DNA of 64,000 bases from Catajapyx aquilonaris (lineage: Eukaryota), in the NCBI GenBank assembly GCA_000934665.2, contig KZ538130.1:1-64000 (forward strand). The letters are read 5' to 3'. This document shows positions 26,475 to 36,600 of the stretch, one piece after another (position 1 is the first letter of the stretch; each line of letters starts with the position of its first letter). The position numbers and the translations under genes were made by a program. The notes under the pieces are model-generated. The model saw nothing but the letters and a program-made list of their open reading frames with translations. It was not told the DNA's origin and did no database searches.

Positions 26475-26644
26475 ACAAATACTATGCAAGCTTCAGTGTC
26501 CGGTGTTCTGAAAAATGAGAGCTTATTTTGATGGGGGTGTGTGTGTGTACCTGCCTTTCAAGTGATATGGCGGTTCGAGTGCTATTTGTTGTTATTAAAA
26601 GTACAGCGGGACCCCATTATCAGCGGTTTGATTTTTTTTAAAAT

Positions 26645-26907
26645 TATAATAACAATTATGATTATTTTACCCCGTGATAGGGCGGTTCCCGAGGGAGGGC
26701 ACTGTAATTATAGTCGTTTCGGACTTTCTGAAATACACCAAGCCTTTCTCCTGGCCCTGGGCAGAGTAGGGAGTGCAATTCTGCCCCGGCATGTCGGGTG
26801 AAAATCGGAAAAAGACCCGGCCAAGCTTAGGTGACGGGGACGGGATTTGAACCCCGGTTCCCGCTTGGCTGGCCAGTGGCGTAACCACCAGACCACCATG
26901 CCTCCCT
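26645..26907 (-). mobile_element. tRNA-derived SINE, family 2, nested in a Tc1/pogo-like MITE (about 26602-27037)
   Basis: Minus-strand A box TGGTCTGGTGG, B box GGTTCAAATCC, and an AT-rich tail after ggggtaaaataa. The host ends are acagcgggaccccattatc and gataacggggactcactgt. Confidence 0.7.
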
Positions 26908-29900
26908 CGGTTTGAAAATATTAAAAACATTCAATTCAAAAAAATATAAATGTCATAATGTGCATTTTTGTCAATTAGAAATGTATGTGTGTTACATAGG
27001 GTTCGGTAATATCCCGCGGATAACGGGGACTCACTGTGGCATCATGCAATGGATATACATGCACTTGCCTGTATCAGCCCTCCGACCTCCGACCTGTCCA
27101 TCTTCTCACCTATAATTTTCCACCCAACCTGCTGGACTAAAAGCAGTGTAAGGTAATGATATATAGTTTGGGATACAATTAACACCAAATTCCTTTATTT
27201 CCCGCGATTGCAATCTTTTTCTCTGATTTCATTCGGGAAAACAATACGCTCCGTGACGTCACTCTTATGTCGGATTCAAGGCAGGAAATTGCAGTCTATC
27301 CTGCTGCAGGAAATGGCATAGGAAAGCGAGTTCCAGCAGAGTAAAGGGGGGGGGGGGGGAAGGGAAATGCGATGATGGTAATTCTCGCGCTCCAAATTCC
27401 CTCCGTATAGGACGCACTTTCTTGATCCACCCAGACGTTACGCGCGTACATTTTTCTATAGGCATATTCTAAGCGCTCTGGCCTTTAAAATTTATCTCTC
27501 CACAAAAAACATTACGTTAAACTCTGTCAAACTTAAATCAAGACTAGAAAATCATCGATTCGCTCCATTTTTTCTAGTCAAGGAGGCGTATACTCATCCA
27601 GGTCACTCGCAATCGACAAAGTCGATTGACGTCAAAATGACGTCGCCAATGATGACCAGGGCAGGGCGAGGTTGCGAGTGACCTGGATGAGTATACGCCT
27701 CCGGATGTGTACCATCTATCGTTAATTATTTTTCTTAACATACTAGTACTATAGGCAATTATGTTGCCCGTAAACGAGTAAATTCTGCGCGTCCCTTAGA
27801 CTTGTTGTGTACGGAGCAAAATCGATCAAACCTAACGATTGGCATGCCATAAAAAATATATTGCCTATACCTTTGATTATGCGTTCATTGGCACCAAGTT
27901 TTTGTAATTTTTTTCCTCAGTGAATTTACTCGCTGGTTGTTCATTATAGAAAGGAAAACGGAAGGGTTTGAGGATAAAGCGTATGGAAAGCTAAGTGGTG
28001 AGTTTTTTTTTAAATATTTGGCACAAAGAACACGGTTCTTCCCTCTCAAGGCTTGGCTTCAACCTTCATCTTGACCTAATGCACAGACGTCGGGTGGGAT
28101 TCAACAATGTAACCCGTGCTAAAGGTAACAATTGACACGTCTCGTAATGAATCAGTAAAAATCAGGTACTTCCGTAGCTCGGTTCTCAAAAACTGAGCGT
28201 ATTTTTTTTTATATAACTAAAGATGTTTGTAAAATTTCTTCTTAAAGATGGGTTAAGGGTAAAATGAGGTTGTAGGATTGCACTCGGGAAGAAGAGTGTC
28301 ATTTATTCATTTTTCGGATTATGCTCTTTGAAATACCTGGATCCCAGTGATTGGACGAGTTGGGAGGACTCGATAAGGTATGTACGGTGTCGTCACGGAG
28401 CGTGTCATGTCCTTCCCATTGGCTTAGTCGTCATCAAAATCATGTACAGTGGATTGAGCAAAGAACCTCTCCCAACCCTCCACACACGTTTCATTTATTT
28501 TACTTTTTTTTTCAAAATCTTCTTCTTCTTCTTCGCTACCTTTGACGACTAGCTTTTTTAGTCCAATGGATTAGAAGCGGTGTGGTTTCTCTTCGTCTAG
28601 AAAACAGAGCTATGTGGTTGCAAGCAAGTTCACTCTTGGCTTCCTGGGCTGGGCTGGGCTGGTCTAGGTTTTAAACTTTTTAAAACACTGTCAACATCAT
28701 ATGAGGTACATGGTAATTCGGAGCCCGCCAACACAGCCCTGCCATGTGTATTTGCTTCTTTCGGAGGGGGATCTAGAAGAGATATAGTTGCATCCAACCA
28801 CATGGCTTGGTTCTCACATGGCAAAAAACGCAACATGCTAACAGCCAACAAAGTCCAACTCTCATCTTTTCCGCACCAAAAAAAAAAAAAAAAACAATCC
28901 AACTTTGCTAAAAAGTCCGTCGGGACTCTACAAAGTGAACGAGAACAACGACGGATTTGTGTATTTTTCTTCTTTTTTTCTCACCATTCAGCAGTGTACA
29001 CTGCGCATTTTTTTTTTAATGTTATGATGTCAGCCTATATAACGTAAATAGCCTATATAACGTACGAGTTACTGTACAATGTAGGTACAAATTGTCTCAT
29101 CAAATCTCTCGATCCTCTTCCTACGCGTGGCAGCTGAGCAATTGTCGAGTGGTTTCATTTTTTAAATTCCTGGTATACATAGGTGCGAATGAAAAGCTTT
29201 TTTTTTTTTTTTTTCAGGAGAGCGTTTCGCACCTGCCCAGCTGGTCCTCAAGCACGCGAAAATAGACATGATGTGTGGAAAATGGGTATTATGGGGGATA
29301 GGGTTATGGGTGTAGGTGTTAAGGGTATCAGTCTTTCCGGCTGCGAATCGAGTATTATATATTTCCCTCCCCCCCCCCNNNNNNNNGGGGGGGGGGGGAG
29401 GAGGGCATATTTTTAAGGGTATGTCAGTGGACAATTGGCGATTACGGAGTAGGTAAAGGAGCGGGTGAAAAATGAAATCCAGGTGTTGAAAAAAGTACGA
29501 CTTGTCACGCGCACAAACATACGCACGTTCTCTCGTTCGAACTATAAAGAGTGTCATTATTAATTTGTTTTTCTTCTTCTCTTATATATTTATATATATA
29601 TATTTTTAAATATCCCCACAGCAAAACGAGTCGGCACGCGCACAGTGTTTGTTTTGGGCACCTTTCGCAGTCGGGTTGTACCGTATCAAAGACTACGCAA
29701 TCGCGACGTTTTGCGAATAGAAAAAAGAAGGCGAAAAAGAGCTCGTCCTTGGGGGGCCAACTTTCTTCATCTTTCTTCATATCGTCATCTTCATGGTGCT
29801 CTGGGAGAGGGGGAGTATGGCCGTGCGTGCTTCACATATACACTGATCTCTCACGCACCCCCACACATTCGCGCAATCACACTGTCCCTTGCACGTCCTT

Positions 29901-30156
29901 GTCCCTTCCGGATATCTGGACACACGAGCGCTCCAGGTGGGGACACCTTGAGCCTGAGAGGAAGGGGCAACAACTTGTCCACGGGAGCCTATTTCGAATC
30001 TTTCGCAACGTTCTGCTCTGTGGATTCTGAAAATAACAGGGATGGGTCTCACTTCTTTTGGTACGTTTATCATTGCATGCATGGGGTAGTCAAATATGGT
30101 GATTAAAATGGCGTACGTATCCAAGAGCAGTCTGGCAGGTCTGATTCTCCTATCTG

Positions 30157-30268
30157 TTCAAAACTAGTAAGGGTGAAAGTCGCGTGCATCCTCCGCACTA
30201 ATCCCCTCTTGAGTCAGGGGGGATTAGTGCAGGGCATGCATGCGACTTTCACCCTTACTAGTTTTGAA
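30157..30268. repeat. Inverted repeat or MITE in the presumed GluCl 3' UTR
   Basis: 27-bp perfect outer stem ttcaaaactagtaagggtgaaagtcgc plus an imperfect inner stem. Confidence 0.85.
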
Positions 30269-30682
30269 GCGAGGGTGTTTCTCCTTGGGACCGCAGGATT
30301 ACAAATTACGCCATCCACAATTGTTTTTTTTTTAAAGCTTATTAAGAGCAACTGTGCGTTTCAACAAGCAAGTACCGGCTCAGAATGAGGAACATAATCA
30401 CAATACTATATGAAACAGGCCTTGCGGCCTGAACGTGGTCCATGCCGCAATGCTGCTCAAGACAGGCCCATTTTTCAGAAGCATTAGGACGCCTTGATTA
30501 ATTAGATGAAAAATCATCCCGTATCCAACGCCTGGGGCAGACAGGCTTCAAACTGTACCCCTAATTTATTAGTCGAAATGTAAACACCCGGAGCCGAGAG
30601 TTCTTCTAACTCGGCCCAATTGCTGGAGGTTATATGCAGTAGTTTGGGTACTCACAAAAAGAAGAGTGGCAAGTAGTCTTGT

Positions 30683-33600
30683 TCACTCCAGTTCCTCCTC
30701 TCGGAACAGGTACGCCGACCAGTAGACCAGGTTGAAAAGGGCGAAGACCAGTGGGAATGTGATTCGAGAGATGACATCGATGCGCTTGGAGCGGGTCGGA
30801 AATTTGGAGAGCCAAGAGCGACAACAGTTGTCTCTCTTGGGCTGCATGTGGATTTCGCACTGACGAGCCTTCTCCAGAGCCAGAGCCTCATTGGCCACGT
30901 GGTGGTGGTGCACGAGGGGCTTCTGTTAGGACATCAATTAAAGGACAGCATTTCAGGGGTTGCAATATCCGATAAAATGTGTCAGGGGGATGAATGAAAT
31001 CGCGCGGCCCTAGTGGAATGCAGGGCAATTACAGTTCAGGGTTGAGGGGAAAGAGGTCGCTGTATTGACCGCAGCGCCATCTGGCCGTGATAATTGTTTG
31101 GTGGTAGTAGTCTGTAATTGAGTAAACTGACCATGGCGAAAGTCGTAGCGCCATCTTCTAGGTGGTCAGCAGCCGCTTCCAAAGTGGCGGCGTGCTCAAG
31201 TTCCCATTGTCGACGCTGGCTCTTGATCTTCTCTCGCTGCGAATCGCTACGAGAGGCATAGTTGACCAAGGCGAATTCCAACAGCGCCCCGAACACGAAA
31301 GTCAGGCACACACCTGTCCACACGTCGATGGCCTTTGTGTACGACACTGGTGGCAGGCTAGCGTTGATGCCTGACAAGTACACAATGTTTGTGTTAGTGG
31401 TGTTCATTACACTTATAACTGAATGCATACCTGAGGTCTGCGTGGCCATGGTAAGAAGCGTGGTGACCCCTAGGGACACTCGGGCAGGAACCGCACTCTG
31501 GTCCAACCAGAAAGACACCCAGGACACGATGACCAACATACAGCAAGGTATATAAATCTGGATCAGGTAGTACGAAAACTCTCGCTTGAAGAGAAGATCT
31601 ACTTTGAGGCAACTGTATTCGCCTGAGGGGAAAATAATGAGAATATTGGAAAGTTGAGCACGAAAAGTTCCGGAAGAGTTCACCTTCTTACCTGTATTGG
31701 TTCGACTGTTGCAATAGTCGGTGAAGAATCGTTCTAGAGCAAAACGTGGAAGGTTGAGTGTGTTGACTACTTGCACTGGATCGCCGTCTTTCCAGAGGAA
31801 CACGAGGTCATCTGTAGTCCATCCGTCTGAAAATAGCGCATAGGGAGAAAAAATAGCATTAGGAAACTATAGCCCATTTATAGGACACTGACATCTGTCA
31901 TGCATAAATAAGACATTTCTTTCCAGCCCAATGCACAGTGATTCGACAACATGATCCTGAGCCTGGCATTTCGGCCCGCCCACACAGTACAGGAGACGCA
32001 TCGGTCAAATAACTTCTAAGATGAACAACCTCCAAATGGCTTCCTTATAGGTTCATTGTATCACATGTTTCGAAATATACCGTATCGATATGTAAAGGTC
32101 ATTTTGGTTCAGTTCTTTCATTCGCATAGTATAATAATTTGGAACCATAGAAGTGCATTGTTGTCATCGTTATGCGCTTTAGGAATGGAATTTAAAAGGT
32201 CAACCGGACGCTCCTAATTGATGACCATTTTACGTAACCCGGCTATAGAGCTTGCACCATAGCATTTAAAAAACCCACTCAAATATCAGGCTCATTATGA
32301 AACTAAACTACTTGTGGTCAAAAATATGCCATCATTGGAACATATTAATGGGTCGGTTGGAGTGATTAAATTCCTTACAGTATTCGTGGTATACTGTAGG
32401 GTGCAGGAGACATACTGTACATGTGGCTTATTGGCATTTTATTTGCAAGGTCAAGAGTCTCAATTTGTTTATTCTATCCACATGCGCAACCTCGATTGCC
32501 TCTTGTAGACGGCGAATTATCCAATGAACAAGTGCGAATGTCGATACCGCACCATTATTGTAATGAAATCGAATATTATTTGACATTTACTAAGCTGATA
32601 GTGAGAGTAGGTAAAGACTTCATTATCTCGAAAATTCATTTACTATGCACACACAACTTGAGAGAAGCTTTCGGGCGTGGATTTTCTGGTACGCAAATAA
32701 AGCAGCTAAATACAGTAGGCCTATATATTTACACTAGCCTTTTATATATATATATATATAAAAGTGAGGCCAGACGATTGCAGATTTTAATAAAACAAAT
32801 GTGGGAATTGAGTGCACATGTATTGTACAGTACAGTACAACAATGCAATATTTGCAGAGAGTGCGAGGGTTCGTTAAGTGCTCACTCGAAACACTTCTGC
32901 AAAATTAACGCTCTTTAAACAGGTGCATTTTGAATAAGTAGGACGAAACCAGTCACATTCCGGTTACTTGGCAACAATTATCCTCCCGGCAAAATGCAGG
33001 GCTCTGCAGCGGTTCAACCGGGCGCAAGTAGCGTAAACGTCGTAAATAATGCTGGACATGTTTACCTACAGCAATGCATATATGAAAGTTTCTACTCACA
33101 ACTGGCCATGCGAAGGCTGCAGGTCTGTCGATCCAAAGGATACAGTTTGAGGTCCATGGGACAAGATAACGTCAAAGAAATTCTGAAAACAAATAGAAGC
33201 AACAATTATGTGACGTCAGGAGTAGAGTATGTACACAGTATACGTACCGTATGGAATATAACACCTGGCCGTCCGGATGGATTCTGACATATACGTTAGG
33301 CATGATGATCTCATGAAAGTGGCCATCCTTCTCATTAGAGAAGAAAAGATCGGGCATCCACACACGGCTGGGGTCAGTCAGGGTCAGGTACTTCAGCTTG
33401 CCTAAATAACACCAATAGAAGCGATAAGTCATAAACCAATCACCGTCTGTCTATCGAAACTCACCGCCGTAATTGTTGAACTTGAGCCTCTCGTCCAACC
33501 ACTGCTCTCGGAAGGTCAACTGGACACTGTATTCCTGCCAGACAAGTAAGTGGCAAGGTCAGTATCGTGCGGTTCGATTTCACAACGGAACACAGTCAAA

Positions 33601-36600
33601 TTCTCGTTCAAATAAATTTTGGGCGCCAAATCATTCGCGTCACATTCCAATTGTTCACCAAAAAATTAGCCAGCAAATTTTTCAACCGGAGAAAGTTCAA
33701 ATTTCATCTCATTTGGTCGTGCCGTGGACACGACAAGACACAGACGAGAACACGTGTGTGGACGAACACTACACTACAAAAAGTGGATAGTCAAAGAAGA
33801 GGAACCAAGCGATTATACGTCCTCACCTGCACCTCCTGGGAAAACCCCCCAGACCTTATGACTGCACCGTACCTTACATAATCAAGTAGACCCTTTTTGG
33901 AAGCTGGCCGCTTTTCAGACAGTCCTTAGCAACGGCTGATATCCCGTCGTTATATGGACTCGTGCTTGGCCGATGCCCTCCACTATATTCGCCAGCTTAC
34001 ACGGTTGACCTATACCTCACCTTTGCCTTCACTCCCACAGTACAGGTCAACCAATTTTGTTACCTATACCCCGGCTCTTTTCCTCTCTATTATGCGTCCA
34101 ACCTCGAGTCAATCGGTGGAAATGTCAAATACCGGCTTTGCTAGAAACTGTGTTCAAGGTTAGGTTGTATCCTTGTTGAATTGATTTCACGAGGAATGGA
34201 GGTATCTCGGTGCTGAAAAGTCATTTCTTGCTACTATTTTTCTTTTTTTTTGTGTGTGGTCAATTCTTACCTGACAGACACCGGTCCGAGTGATGGAAAC
34301 TTGTGACCGACTGTTAGAAACCCTTGTGACAAAAGTTTTTGAATGGTAGCAGGTGATGGACATTGCTACTTGTGACGTAGGGTTGTAAATGAGGGAATAA
34401 AAGAGGTGCTCACCTTGTGGTCTGTACGTCATGCCAGGTGAACATGGCCACATCAGAAGTTAAGGTCAGGTCAAGGTTGTGGTTGGTAACAAGGGTTTTT
34501 TTTTTCAGGATTTCTCATACACACACACACATATACACACACATACAGCGAAGCTGCCCATTTTCCTCCCCATCCTCCAATCATGTTCCCCTCCACAAAA
34601 TTATTTAACTTTTCTATCCATTTTGGTATTGTTTTTTTAGGGCAAGACGAAAGAAAATGAAGGAAGAAAGTAGAGGTGACACAGAGTTACTTTAATTTTT
34701 TTTTAAAAAGTTCTGAAGGCGAAGCGCATCCAAGAATTCACCGGATTTTGCTCGTCTCCTGTCAGTCTGGTACGAATACAATGTCCATCTAGCGAGTCAT
34801 CCACACCTTGTCTTTGGGGATTATATTTCCTCAATCCACTCGAGTGGTTCGACTTTTTTTCTCTCTCTCTTTTTCCTCTCCCTAATCTCTTCTCCAGGAT
34901 GGAATGAAGGATTTTGTTTCCTGCGCCAGAGTTCCAATGAAATCCGGAATGGTTTCCTTTCTTCATTCCACCACGCCAACCCGGATTTTCTATACTTTTA
35001 GGCATTTTTTTTTTTGGGGGGGGGGGGGGGGGNNNNNNNNNNNNNNNNNNNNNNNGGGGGGGGGGTTATATCTGCCAATGGAGCTAATGGTGCTCTGATG
35101 TTTCCCCGGATAACTTGGTTCTTGGATTCGTGTGGATTTGATAAACACCTCCCAAGTTTTTTAAAAAAAGGCATAGTCGTACTGTACACTCTTAACCATT
35201 TACCCTCTCTAGAGAAGGTAAATGGTTAAGAGTGTACTTCAATTACCCGGATCAAAATACGGTGTTGGGTGCGCTCCAAAAAGACAAGAGAGTGAAAATG
35301 TCCATACTGTCACCCTGATACTAAATGCTGACATCTGCCGGTACCCCCCCTAAAAAAGGAGAGAAAATTTAAAAGGCCAAACCAATTCCCAAGAGGGGAT
35401 ATAGGTATTTAAGACGCGACATCGGTTCCGGGTAATCAATCACGCCATTCGAGGCCATTTACTCTTTTAGTAATGGCTTCTTCCGTGGCTAAAGGACTCT
35501 CAAAACGTCGTCTTGCCAGATGCAAAACTGGGAGAGGCTACACCCCCCCCCCCCCCCCCCCCCCNNNNNNNNNNNNNNNNNNNNNNNNNNNNNNNNNNNN
35601 NNNNNNNNNNNNNNNNNNNNNNNNNNNNNNNNNNNNNNNNNNNNNNNNNNNNNNNNNNNNNNNNNNNNNNNNNNNNNNNNNNNNNNNNNNNNNNNNNNNN
35701 NNNNNNNNNNGTACTTTTGCACTTTTTTTTTTACGTGCTGTAAATTGTGTGTTATGGCTTCCCTGCTTTTTTGGGGGTGGAGGGGGGGGGGTCTCCCTTA
35801 GTAGCTATATTGTCATCAAGGCGACTGTTATCACTAGAGTCCGATATCGACTAGTAATATAGGGCCACTGGAGGGTTTCGTGGAGATACATCGACAGACT
35901 AGAGCATACAGTACCATGGAACTGGACACACGTGGATAAGCAACAATGGCTCAGGCACAAAAGAAACACGGCGAACATATATCGGGCGCTTTGGGAGAAA
36001 CTTAAAAAATGTTATTTAGAGGGGNCGGGGCGCATAGTTGTTTTTTTTTGAAAAAAAAAAAAAAAAATCCTCCCCCAAAGCGCTTTTCTACCCGATTTAG
36101 AAAAAAAGGGGGTTAGAAAACACGGAGCTCTAAATAGGACAGGTCGCAACCAATTTGTGTTTCGCGTCATATAAAAAAAAAGCCACAAATAAAAACTGAA
36201 TAAAGCCCAACTGTGAATGAACATATCACACGTCACCGAACTCACCATCTTGTAATCGTCAATGCGGCTGATTGATCGCAGGTAGATGTTGACATAGACA
36301 ACGACGGGAGATGCTGTTCCGATTTGGAAAAAAAAGCAATAGCTAATGAAATAAATGAACTAATGGGTCTAGTCTAAGTAACTTAACACTGCTTTTTTTT
36401 AATACTGCATTTTTCCTCCATTGGGTAGTGGAAATCAGGAAGAAGTTTGGAGAGGGACGTTGGCTCTCGACATTTTATCGTCTTTTGTTTGTTTTCTTGG
36501 AGGGGCATCAAGACCAAATAGCCGCTTTCACAATCAGCTTCCTGACAGGTTCACGTGTACGACTCTTGTGGAGAGGGTAAGGAGAAGAGGGGGATTTCAG

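Noticed and set aside
29505..30124. Cluster of overlapping 90-160 aa ORFs
   Set aside because: There are no recognisable motifs or splice structure, and it lies in the presumed GluCl 3' UTR.
31036..31803. 255-aa ORF as a stand-alone gene
   Set aside because: It is GluCl exons 7-9 read through two in-frame introns and past the exon 9 donor.
29367..35082. Poly-G/poly-C tracts with Ns as functional G-quadruplex elements
   Set aside because: Their lengths and content are unreliable because Ns mark sequencing failure, and there is no positional pattern.
35565..35710. N gap as hiding place for a third exon 3
   Set aside because: It cannot be excluded, but the minus-strand sequence entering the gap is purine-rich and the gap abuts a poly-C run like the other sequencing dropouts.
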